From contig JAQWFB010000006.1 of NCBI GenBank assembly GCA_028704635.1, positions 1 to 62,664 on the forward strand: a stretch of DNA of 62,664 bases, in the 5' to 3' direction. This DNA is from Candidatus Shapirobacteria bacterium. Its GTDB lineage: Bacteria; Patescibacteriota; Microgenomatia; UBA12405. The notes beneath the pieces are model-generated. The model was not told the DNA's origin. It was given only the letters and a program-made list of their open reading frames with translations, and searched no databases. Positions 19,786-28,916 of the stretch are shown piece by piece. Position 1 is the stretch's first letter. Each line of letters begins with the position of its first letter. The position numbers and the translations under genes are program-made.

Positions 19786-21203
19786 AAATTACTCCCATAA
19801 TCGGGCTTGAAGTCCACGTTGAACTAAAAACTAAATCAAAAATGTTTTGTAGTTGTGATGCCCAACATTTTCATATCGAACCCAACACCCACACTTGCCC
19901 AGTTTGCCTCGGTCTTCCTGGTGCTCTTCCAGTGCCAAATAAAACCGCCTGTGAATGGTGTGTAAAACTTGGTCTAGCTCTCAACTGCACTCCAAATAAA
20001 ATAAGTTTTTTTGAAAGAAAAAATTATTTTTATCCTGATCTTCCCAAAGGCTATCAAATTACCCAATTAGAAAAACCTTTTGTCGTTAATGGTTTTCTTG
20101 AAATTGATGGTCAAAAAATCAGAATTAATCGAGCCCATATGGAAGAAGATACTGGTAAATCTGTCCATACCACCGAAAACGGTGTAGATATCACCCTTAT
20201 CGATTACAACCGTTCCAGTGTTCCCTTAGTTGAAATTGTTTCCGAACCAGATATCACTTCAGCCGAAATGGCTAAAAAATATTTATTAAAAATACAACAA
20301 ATTGTCCGATATTTAGGTATTTCCGATGCTGACATTGAAAAAGGCAGTATGCGTTGCGAGCCAACCATCAATTTAAAAATCGAAGATAATGAACAAACTT
20401 TTTACACTCCACTTGTCGAAGTAAAAAATGTCGCTTCTCTTACTGGGGTCCAAACCGCTATCGATTTTGAAATAAATCGTCAGACCGAAGAATTTGAAAA
20501 AAACCACGAAGTTAAAAGTTCTCTAAATAAAACTACCCGTGGTTGGGATGCCGATAAAAATCAAACTTTTTTACAACGAGAAAAAGAAGGCTCATCTGAT
20601 TATCGTTATTTCCCTGAACCAGACATTCCTCATATTGTTTTTACAGATGAACAGATCGAAGAAATTCGCAAAACTATTCCCGAGTTGCCAGATGAAAAAT
20701 TTGCCCGTTATAAATCATATGATTTATCGGATTATGACGCACATCTTTTATCAAAAGAACCTTTTTTTGCTGGAATTTTTGATTTTATCCTCCGTTCTTC
20801 AACCGATCCTTCGTTTGCTAAATTCGTTGCTAATTTAATGTTAGGTTCATTAAAAACTATTCAAATTGATATCGAAAAAATTATTCCTGATAATTTTAAA
20901 AAATTATTTGACAATAAAAATAATTTGTCATCAACAGCTATTAAACAATTAATCGTAGATTCTTATCAAACTGGAAAAGATCCATTAATTATTGCCAAAG
21001 AACAGGGATTAATGCAGGTATCCGATACTAGTGCTATTGAAAGTTTTGCTAAAGAAGTGATCGATCAAAATCCAAAAGCCGTTGAAGATTATAAGAAGAA
21101 TCCAGCTTCTATTGGTTTTCTAATCGGTCAATTAATGAAAGCCTCCCATGGCTCCGCCAATCCCCAAATGGCAAAAGAAATTTTAGAAAAATTACTAAAG
21201 TAA
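19782..21203 (+). CDS. gatB: Glu/Asp-tRNA amidotransferase subunit B
   Basis: PIIGLEVHVELKTKSKMFCSC, CPVCLGLPGALP and RAHMEEDTGKS. An ATGA overlap couples it to gatA. Confidence 0.92.
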   Translation: MKITPIIGLEVHVELKTKSKMFCSCDAQHFHIEPNTHTCPVCLGLPGALPVPNKTACEWCVKLGLALNCTPNKISFFERKNYFYPDLPKGYQITQLEKPFVVNGFLEIDGQKIRINRAHMEEDTGKSVHTTENGVDITLIDYNRSSVPLVEIVSEPDITSAEMAKKYLLKIQQIVRYLGISDADIEKGSMRCEPTINLKIEDNEQTFYTPLVEVKNVASLTGVQTAIDFEINRQTEEFEKNHEVKSSLNKTTRGWDADKNQTFLQREKEGSSDYRYFPEPDIPHIVFTDEQIEEIRKTIPELPDEKFARYKSYDLSDYDAHLLSKEPFFAGIFDFILRSSTDPSFAKFVANLMLGSLKTIQIDIEKIIPDNFKKLFDNKNNLSSTAIKQLIVDSYQTGKDPLIIAKEQGLMQVSDTSAIESFAKEVIDQNPKAVEDYKKNPASIGFLIGQLMKASHGSANPQMAKEILEKLLK

Positions 21204-21322
21204 AAAATATCCTGTAATCTTGTTTTTTGCTGTTATTATGATAAACCCCCAGGGTAATGTTTATACGCGATTGTGCGTAAAAGTACATTTAAAATCTGGG
21301 TGTTAGAAAGGAGGTTTATAAA

Positions 21323-21649
21323 ATGAGTGATCTTCAGAAAATAAACCACTTACACAAAAAGGCTTTGAAAAAAGTCAAAGAGAAAATTGAAAAAATCGAT
21401 AATAATGAAAAATGCTCAAATTCATATGAAAAAAGAAGAGTTTTAGTAGAAACTTTTCCACTAATTAACTTAATTTTTTCTGAAATTAGTAAAAACTGTC
21501 CAAGAGAAATAAAGGGTTTACAGATTAATCATTCTTCATCAATACCCGTCCTTGAAGAAGTGGGGTCAATATTAAACAGTATAGGTTTTTATATCTTTAC
21601 CACCAGTATGAAAACTTTTAGCATAACAGCCTTTGTTGATACTAAATAA
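21323..21649 (+). CDS. Hypothetical protein (108 aa)
   Basis: ORF with a strong Shine-Dalgarno sequence (GAAAGGAGG, 8 nt upstream). No recognisable motif. Confidence 0.5.
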   Translation: MSDLQKINHLHKKALKKVKEKIEKIDNNEKCSNSYEKRRVLVETFPLINLIFSEISKNCPREIKGLQINHSSSIPVLEEVGSILNSIGFYIFTTSMKTFSITAFVDTK

Positions 21650-21662
21650 CACCTACAACTTT

Positions 21663-21706
21663 TACCCGTTTGGGATTTTTAAAATCACATACGGGTATTT
21701 TTTTGT
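21663..21706 (+). terminator. Intrinsic terminator after the 108-aa ORF
   Basis: TACCCGT ... ACGGGTA stem followed by TTTTTTTG. Confidence 0.6.
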
Positions 21707-21751
21707 TTTAAAAACCTGCTATTATTAATTTAATAAAAATTAATAAAAAAA

Positions 21752-21883
21752 ATGCCAAAGAAAAAAACCGTTACTAAAAAAGAGTTTTTCTCTACCCAGA
21801 CTAACTTCATCATACTCGCATTGTTCTGTCTTTTTATCGCTGTTCTTTTCCGTTCTATTTATGGACAAAGTTTTCAGGGTTAG
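21752..21883 (+). CDS. Possible small membrane protein (43 aa), below the ORF-track cutoff
   Basis: Manual translation: MPKKKTVTKKEFFSTQTNFIILALFCLFIAVLFRSIYGQSFQG. It has a basic N-terminus and one TM, and it overlaps the 3' end of the convergent HAD gene. No SD. Confidence 0.2.
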   Translation: MPKKKTVTKKEFFSTQTNFIILALFCLFIAVLFRSIYGQSFQG

Positions 21884-22490
21884 CTAAATCAATTAATTCC
21901 TCTAAACTCTTAATAGTGACTACTCCTTCTATTTTTTCGTCTGTATTTCTATTAATCCAAATAATTTTAAAACGGTTTAAAAGTTTTAATTTCTCCACCA
22001 CTTCTTTTTTATCGTCAACAATAATCGATCCTTCCGGCATTTTTTTAACTAAGTCTAAATTTAATTTATTTTTATCTATATAAACCCATTGTTCCTCGAA
22101 AAAATCTTTCAATCCAGAAGATTTTATTTTAATTTTTTGGATATCGTCAAATCCTTGTGAGTAAATTCCCAACTTAAAATTATTTTTTAATTTATCTAAA
22201 GCTGGGACAGTATCGGCGAATAAAGACTCAGAATAAATTCCTAATTTATCAGACACAAAATCATCTAATCCAATTTTTTTATTAAAATTTTCCCCCAAAT
22301 ATTCTAAAAAATTATCAATACGAAAATCACCTGATTGATCTAATGTATCAATATATTTTTTTTCCAATTCCAAAATATCTTCACTTTGAACTTGATAAGC
22401 GTCAGCCAAGTTTTTACCCAAATTTCTTATAAATTCATTTTTACAAAATAAAGTGTCATCCCAATCAAATAAAATTAATTCTTTCTCCAT
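21855..22490 (-). CDS. HAD-superfamily hydrolase
   Basis: MEKELILFDWDDTLF (HAD motif I DxDxT) and a later IIVDDK motif. ATG at 22490 is preferred over the ORF-track start at 22517. Confidence 0.75.
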   Translation of the reverse strand: MEKELILFDWDDTLFCKNEFIRNLGKNLADAYQVQSEDILELEKKYIDTLDQSGDFRIDNFLEYLGENFNKKIGLDDFVSDKLGIYSESLFADTVPALDKLKNNFKLGIYSQGFDDIQKIKIKSSGLKDFFEEQWVYIDKNKLNLDLVKKMPEGSIIVDDKKEVVEKLKLLNRFKIIWINRNTDEKIEGVVTIKSLEELIDLANPENFVHK

Positions 22491-22541
22491 TGACCCTATT
22501 TTACAACCGATGGCCACAAATTTATAAGTTAAAATATCTAA

Positions 22542-25500
22542 GTGGACAAAAATCTCAAAAATAATTTTTTAACTGAATATCAAAAGCTAAACCCCGAGCA
22601 AAAGCTCGCTGTCGACACCATTGACGGTCCAGTTATGGTCATCGCTGGTGCTGGCACTGGTAAAACCCAAACCATCGCTTTAAGAATTGCCAATATACTA
22701 GACAAAACTGACACTAAGCCCAGTTCAATTCTATGTTTAACTTACACCGACGTGGCCGCCAACAACATGAGAAGCCGTTTGTTAAACATGATTGGCCCTG
22801 ATGCCTATAAAATAAAAATTTGTACTTTTCACGCTTTTTGTAACGATATTATTTCTTCAAATCCCCAATATTTCCCTTTTTCATCCTCAAATCTCAAAGC
22901 CATTGATGATCTAGAAACTATTGAAATAATCAAAAATATTATTGATCATCTCGAAAATTCTTCACCTTTGATTTCCTGGGGTGATCGTTATTGTTATCAA
23001 AAAAGCATTCTCGATTGTATTCACTTAACTAAACGAGAAAACATCAACCAAGAATCTCTTTTAAACTTAATTAAAGACGAAGAAATTTTTTTCAAGAATT
23101 CCGGTGATTTTATTTCTCAACTCAGTAATGTTCGAGCCACTAAAAATAATTATCATCAAATAAATCAAATTTTAGACAATTTGCAAAATTCCAAATTTAT
23201 TTCTCTCAATCTCAAAATTCATCTCCAAATAATTAGAAGCGCCAATGACAATCTTAGTCATGTAAAAAACGAAATCCGAAAATTTTATCAAGATTTCGAA
23301 AAAGACATTCCCAAACAAAAAGAATTTGTCAAAATTTTTGATTCATACCAAAAAGAACTTCAAAAAAAATCTCTTTATGATTATGAAGATATGATTTTAT
23401 TTGTCATTAATGCTTTTAATGACAATCCCGATCTTTTACTCAATTTTCAAGAAAAATATCAATATATTCTTGTCGATGAATACCAAGACACCAACTCCAG
23501 CCAAAGTAAAATAGTCGATATGTTAGGCAATTATTACGAAAATCCAAATATCTTTGTGGTTGGAGATGATGATCAATCAATTTTTAGATTTCAGGGTGCC
23601 TCCATCGAAAATATCTACAATTTTTATCAAAAATACAGTCCTCAAAAAGTTGTCTTAAAAAACAATTATCGCAGCCATAAACTTATTTTAGAGTCATCAT
23701 CCAACGTTATCAGTCGCAATAAAAATCGTATCGCCAATTTAATTACCGACATTGATAAAACTTTAATTTCAAACAAAGATTATGACCCTGATCCAATTAA
23801 TTTAACCACCTTAAATTCCAATATTGAAGAAGATCATTATGTCGCTCAAAAAATTTCTAATTTAATTAAATCTGGAGAAAATCCAAGTGAAATTGCTATT
23901 TTACTTCGTAAAAATCGCGATGCCGAAGAATTGACTAAAATGCTATCTGCTTTTGGAGTTAAATTTTTTCTTCCCTCAGATTCCAATATCCTTAAAAATC
24001 CCATAATCACTCAACTTCTCAAATTACTCAAATTTATTGATAATCCCAATCATAATGAATCTGTTTACCATATTTTGGCCGCTCCATTTATTAATTTAAA
24101 TTCTCTTGATTTAGTCAAAATTTTAAAAGAAAAAATTGTTTTATCAGACTTAGTTTTTGATCAAGAAAAAATTAATGATCTTAAAATTTCCAAAAAATCC
24201 AAAACCATAATTTCCAAATTTGGCAAAAGAGTCGCCAAAACTAAAATCGATTTAGAAAATTATCCTCTAGAAAAAGTTTTAAACAAAATTCTAAAAAGAT
24301 TTAAAATCCTAAAATATTTATTGTCCAAAAATGATATAGATTCTCTTAATCAGGTCTACACTTTTTATAAACTTCTCAAAGATACTGTTACTAAAAAAGA
24401 TCTTTCCTTAAAAGAATTTATCGATCGAATTCATCTCTATGTCGAAAATAATCTTTCCATTTCTTCACCGTCAATTAATTATGATTCTTCTGACTCAATA
24501 AAAATATTAACGGTCCATGGCGCCAAAGGTTTGGAGTTTGACCATGTTTTTATTTATCGACTCCTCGAAGATTCATGGGAAAAACAGCGTGATTTTAGTA
24601 AATTAAAATTGCCTTTTGGTATTCTTGCTAGTGAAATTACCAAAAGTATTGAAGATGATTATGAAGAAGATCGCCGACTTTTTTATGTCGCTCTAACTCG
24701 CGCCAAAAAACAAATTTATCTGTCTTATTCTCAATACAAAGAAAGCGGTAAAAATCAAAATCCTTCCGTTTTTGTTTCCGAAATTGACAGCAAATTAATT
24801 GAAAATATAAAATTCAATGACAAGACCAACGCCTTAAAAATTTATTATCAATACACCGACATTTCTCACGACCTAAAACCGGATTTATCTCAATATTTAA
24901 AAGACTATTTAACCAATCATTACAAATTTAATGTCAGTCATCTCAATTCTTATCTTCGTTGTCCACTTTGTTTTTATTACAAAACCATTTTAAGAATTCC
25001 CCAAAATAAGGAAAAATTCAGTAGTTTTGGCACCGCCATTCATTCAGCTCTTTCTGATTTTTATCAGAAAAAACCCAAAGACGAAGTTATTAAAAGCTTT
25101 GAACAAAGTCTTAAAAATGAAAGATTACCTAAAACCGATTATCAATGGTGTTTGGAAAATGGTCACAAAATTTTAATTGAATATTGTGATCAATATATTG
25201 ATTCCGTCAAAGACGGTAATATTTGTGAATATAATTTTGCCTCTGAAAATATTGTCTACAAAAATATTCCCTTAACCGGCAAAATCGATCTTATTCAAAA
25301 ATCTGAAAATGGCAAAATTAACGTTATCGATTTTAAAACCGGCAATGCCGACAGTAAATATAAGGAGCTTTCGCCTGACGGCGATTACTATCGTCAAATT
25401 GTTTTTTATAAATTATTGCTCGACATTAAAAATGATTCTCGTTTACAGTTTAATCAAGGCATTATCGATTTTGTTGAAAAAAGTAAATTAAAGAAAAATT

Positions 25501-25652
25501 TTGTCCGTAAAGTTATTAATGTTTCCGATGAAGATTTAAACAAATTAAAAACTCAAATAGAAGAGGTTCATCAAAAAATTTTAAATTTAGAATTCTTTGA
25601 AACCGGTAAAGAGTGTAAAGACAAAGACCATTTACATTATCTTTTAAAATAA
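22542..25652 (+). CDS. UvrD-type SF1 helicase fused to a C-terminal PD-(D/E)XK (RecB/AddA-like) nuclease
   Basis: 1036 aa with a GTG start. Helicase motifs: VIAGAGTGKTQT, VDEYQDTN, VGDDDQSIFRFQGA, NYRS, and TVHGAKGLEFDHVF..YVALTRAK. The C-terminus has CPLCFYY, GKIDLI...VIDFKTG and YYRQIVFYKLL nuclease motifs. Confidence 0.85.
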   Translation: MDKNLKNNFLTEYQKLNPEQKLAVDTIDGPVMVIAGAGTGKTQTIALRIANILDKTDTKPSSILCLTYTDVAANNMRSRLLNMIGPDAYKIKICTFHAFCNDIISSNPQYFPFSSSNLKAIDDLETIEIIKNIIDHLENSSPLISWGDRYCYQKSILDCIHLTKRENINQESLLNLIKDEEIFFKNSGDFISQLSNVRATKNNYHQINQILDNLQNSKFISLNLKIHLQIIRSANDNLSHVKNEIRKFYQDFEKDIPKQKEFVKIFDSYQKELQKKSLYDYEDMILFVINAFNDNPDLLLNFQEKYQYILVDEYQDTNSSQSKIVDMLGNYYENPNIFVVGDDDQSIFRFQGASIENIYNFYQKYSPQKVVLKNNYRSHKLILESSSNVISRNKNRIANLITDIDKTLISNKDYDPDPINLTTLNSNIEEDHYVAQKISNLIKSGENPSEIAILLRKNRDAEELTKMLSAFGVKFFLPSDSNILKNPIITQLLKLLKFIDNPNHNESVYHILAAPFINLNSLDLVKILKEKIVLSDLVFDQEKINDLKISKKSKTIISKFGKRVAKTKIDLENYPLEKVLNKILKRFKILKYLLSKNDIDSLNQVYTFYKLLKDTVTKKDLSLKEFIDRIHLYVENNLSISSPSINYDSSDSIKILTVHGAKGLEFDHVFIYRLLEDSWEKQRDFSKLKLPFGILASEITKSIEDDYEEDRRLFYVALTRAKKQIYLSYSQYKESGKNQNPSVFVSEIDSKLIENIKFNDKTNALKIYYQYTDISHDLKPDLSQYLKDYLTNHYKFNVSHLNSYLRCPLCFYYKTILRIPQNKEKFSSFGTAIHSALSDFYQKKPKDEVIKSFEQSLKNERLPKTDYQWCLENGHKILIEYCDQYIDSVKDGNICEYNFASENIVYKNIPLTGKIDLIQKSENGKINVIDFKTGNADSKYKELSPDGDYYRQIVFYKLLLDIKNDSRLQFNQGIIDFVEKSKLKKNFVRKVINVSDEDLNKLKTQIEEVHQKILNLEFFETGKECKDKDHLHYLLK

Positions 25653-25655
25653 ATC

Positions 25656-27584
25656 TCAACCAGCACCGCCGCCACCTCCGCCACCGCCACCTCCACCGCC
25701 ACCAGAAGCTCCACCCGATGATCCTGCACCAGAAGCACCATAGCTGGAATTAGTTGCAGTTGAAATACTGTTAAGGGCAGAGGATAGGGAAGATAAACTG
25801 CTTGAAAAATCACCAAAATCACCCATATTACCGCACCAATATGTCGTCATTATAATTTTGTCATTATTATCAGTAAAATTAACTGGCAGTGCGCTTATCG
25901 CTTTTATCGAAATTCCTAAAGCTGTTCCATAAACCAAATATTTTTCCCACAAAATTATCGAATCAATTGGATAATTTTTAGTAGTACTATATTCTTTCAT
26001 ATGTTTTTTAAAAGCCAGCCATTTAGCTGTTTCTTCGGCTCCAATTTTTGTTCTCTTTTCTCCAAACATTTTCAGATTCATTGTAATAATAGAAAAAATC
26101 ATCAGAGTAAAACCACCACAAAATCCAAGAATTATTAATCCAGGCGAATTCAAACTTGAACCCATACTTACACCAAACATAAATTCTATAAACATCAAGA
26201 TAAACAGTAATACTCCCACCCATGTATAGCTTTTTATTGAATGAGAATTTTTATCAAAATAACCTTCATCCAAATTTTCTTGAAAAACTGCATCAGAAAA
26301 ATGTTTAAAAAAATCATAACTTTCAGTCCGGTGTGTAGAGCACCACACAGAAATATCTTTTAATTTAATCCCTTCAATTTCTTGTCCGCCCAAATTAACT
26401 TTAGTTCGTTTTACTGACCCCAAGAAATCAAAAACACGGCCCTCAATTTCAGATGCTTCACTCATTTTTTTATTTAGCGGCACCAAGTAATAGTTATAAT
26501 CTTTAAAAATAAAACCTTCCTTTTGGTCACTTCTCATGATTTTATAAAATCGATGTTGGACTAAAGATAAAATCGTCGCGGTAAATGAGGCAGGAGATAA
26601 AGATTTATTAGTACTAATTAATTGTTCAATTTGAGCCGGATCGATATCACTTGGCGGCTCCCATAATCTTCCTGATAAATTTACTTCCGGTAATTTTGAG
26701 TCCTTTCCAAATTTCATAAAAGTTCTAATTTGTTTAATAAATAGAACTATGCCGAATACAAGTAATCCAGCCAAAACAATAAAAAACCCAGTCGCTAGTT
26801 TTTTATTTCTTTGTTTTAGATTTTCTGTTTGATCAATAAAAGCTTGTTCTTGAGATTCAATTTCCGATTTACTTAAACTCCCGATTACTCCATCAGTAAA
26901 AACATTTTTGGGTAACAAAATTCTGGATTCAAAAAAAGTTCCTGGCGACAATCTACCAACTTCGTATGTCACCTTACTTGAATCGGGGATTGATACAATT
27001 CCATCAAGTGGACCATGTGCCCAAGCCTTTATTTCCGATCCTGGAATATTTGCCGGTAAATTAATTTGAGCCAAAACATTATCCTGACTTATCTCCCAAT
27101 CATCCCCAATTAATTTCCAATACAATTCAGCATTATCTGTATTTAAGGTAATTGCATTATCGATAATATATTTAATCTTAAAAGTTTTTTTGCCGCTATT
27201 AGATTGATAAAACCATTTAATGTAATATTTGTTGGCCTGTTCGTCAACATAAAAACTAGAAATCGGTTTAATTGTGTCGTATTGCCCTTTATTTTTAGAA
27301 TCCAACTCTTTATAACATTGATTTTCATCACAAATTTCAAAATTTTTTAATATATATGGCTCACTTCTATCACCCTTTTTATTTATATATTCATAAGCAA
27401 AGGTATAACTTCCATCAAAAGAAAAAATTCTTGTTTCTTCCACGTTCATTGAACCGTCAGTGTTTAATTGGCCCAAAATATTTACATTATCAATAGAATA
27501 AGATTTATCCGTAGCATTAACCGGACTGAACGAAAATAATAATAGAAGTACCCAAAAAATTCTAAAATATTTTGTTAATCTCAT
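25656..27584 (-). CDS. DUF2207-family membrane protein with poly-Gly C-terminal tail
   Basis: 642 aa with a signal peptide and a beta-rich ectodomain (YSIDNVNI...), followed by several TM segments. The terminal GAGSSGGASGGGGGGGGGGGGGAG tail is typical of DUF2207. Confidence 0.7.
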   Translation of the reverse strand: MRLTKYFRIFWVLLLLFSFSPVNATDKSYSIDNVNILGQLNTDGSMNVEETRIFSFDGSYTFAYEYINKKGDRSEPYILKNFEICDENQCYKELDSKNKGQYDTIKPISSFYVDEQANKYYIKWFYQSNSGKKTFKIKYIIDNAITLNTDNAELYWKLIGDDWEISQDNVLAQINLPANIPGSEIKAWAHGPLDGIVSIPDSSKVTYEVGRLSPGTFFESRILLPKNVFTDGVIGSLSKSEIESQEQAFIDQTENLKQRNKKLATGFFIVLAGLLVFGIVLFIKQIRTFMKFGKDSKLPEVNLSGRLWEPPSDIDPAQIEQLISTNKSLSPASFTATILSLVQHRFYKIMRSDQKEGFIFKDYNYYLVPLNKKMSEASEIEGRVFDFLGSVKRTKVNLGGQEIEGIKLKDISVWCSTHRTESYDFFKHFSDAVFQENLDEGYFDKNSHSIKSYTWVGVLLFILMFIEFMFGVSMGSSLNSPGLIILGFCGGFTLMIFSIITMNLKMFGEKRTKIGAEETAKWLAFKKHMKEYSTTKNYPIDSIILWEKYLVYGTALGISIKAISALPVNFTDNNDKIIMTTYWCGNMGDFGDFSSSLSSLSSALNSISTATNSSYGASGAGSSGGASGGGGGGGGGGGGGAG

Positions 27585-27610
27585 TAATTCATTATAGATT
27601 ATAATGGACT

Positions 27611-28042
27611 ATGAAAATTAAAATCAAAAGATTTGATAAAACTCTGCCATTACCTGTTCACAAAACCAATGGCGCTGTGGCAGCCGACCTATATTCTCGT
27701 CTCGATTTTACAATTGAACCAAAAGAAATCGCCTATGTTCCCATGAATGTTGCCATCGAAATTCCTGATGGTTATTTTATACTGCAAACTGCCCGAAGCT
27801 CCACCCATAAACTTGGTATTATGGCTATCAATGGAGTTGCTATTTTCGATCGTGATTATTGTGGTGATAATGATGAATATCATTTTGCCGCTTACAACTT
27901 TACTGACAAAACAGTCACTATCGAAAAAGGTACTCGTCTTTGCCAAATTTTATTAATCAAATGTGATGATTTTGATTTCGACGAAGTAGATGTTATGGAT
28001 AATCCTTCCCGCGGCGGCTTCGGCACAACTGGGGTAAAATAA
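27611..28042 (+). CDS. dut: dUTP diphosphatase
   Basis: 143 aa with GAVAADLYS, an RSS motif and C-terminal SRGGFGTTG (dUTPase motif 5). Confidence 0.85.
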   Translation: MKIKIKRFDKTLPLPVHKTNGAVAADLYSRLDFTIEPKEIAYVPMNVAIEIPDGYFILQTARSSTHKLGIMAINGVAIFDRDYCGDNDEYHFAAYNFTDKTVTIEKGTRLCQILLIKCDDFDFDEVDVMDNPSRGGFGTTGVK

Positions 28043-28109
28043 ATTTTCAATCTCTATTATCTCAATCTCCCCTCTTTACATCTTTGGGTTTTATTCGGTA
28101 TATTTAATT

Positions 28110-28913
28110 ATGAAAGAAAAACATTCTGTCATTTTGTTTAATCAAAAACGAATTCGTCGTTTATATGATGATGAAAAAGAATTATGGTATTTTTCTATTG
28201 TTGATATCGTGGCTGTTTTAACTGATAGTTTTGATCCGCGAAAATATTGGAATAAGCTATCGCAAAGGCTAAGACAAGAAGGCAGCGAGGTGGTGACAAA
28301 TTGTCACCAACTGAAATTAATCGCATCCGATGGTAAAAAATATCTCACCGATTGTGCTGATACAGAAACCGTTTTAAGAATTATTCAGACCATTCCCTCA
28401 CCAAAAGCCGAACCATTTAAACTTTGGTTAGCCCAAGTCGGTTATGAACGAATTGAAGAAACAGAAGATCCAGAGCTCGCTTTTGATCGAGCCATGAAAA
28501 CCTATTTACAAAAAGGTTATTCAAAAGAATGGATAAATCAGCGTTTAAAAAGTATTGAAGTTCGAAAAGAATTAACTGATGAATGGCAAAATCGAGGGGT
28601 AAAAGAAGGTTTAGAATTTGCCATACTTACGGATGAAATTACTAAAGCTTGGGCCGACAGAAGTATTAAAGATTATAAAAAATTTAAAGGATTAAAAAAA
28701 GAAAATCTTCGCGACAATATGACTAATTTGGAATTAGTTCTAAACATGTTGGCTGAAGTCTCAACAACAGAAATTTCCAAAAAACAAAAACCAATTGGAT
28801 TAATTCAAAATAAAATAATTGCCAAAAAAGGTGGAAGTGTTGCCAAAAAAGCCAGAATCGAAATAGAAGAACAAACCGGAGAAAGTGTGATTAAAAACCT
28901 TAGTGTAAAATAA
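28110..28913 (+). CDS. Bro-N domain / DinD-like DNA-damage-inducible protein
   Basis: 267 aa. The N-terminal ELWYFSIVDIVAVLTDS..PRKYWNKL is Bro-N-like, followed by the AEPFKLWLAQVGYERIEE..ELTDEW pattern seen in DinD-type proteins. Confidence 0.6.
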   Translation: MKEKHSVILFNQKRIRRLYDDEKELWYFSIVDIVAVLTDSFDPRKYWNKLSQRLRQEGSEVVTNCHQLKLIASDGKKYLTDCADTETVLRIIQTIPSPKAEPFKLWLAQVGYERIEETEDPELAFDRAMKTYLQKGYSKEWINQRLKSIEVRKELTDEWQNRGVKEGLEFAILTDEITKAWADRSIKDYKKFKGLKKENLRDNMTNLELVLNMLAEVSTTEISKKQKPIGLIQNKIIAKKGGSVAKKARIEIEEQTGESVIKNLSVK

Positions 28914-28916
28914 CCT

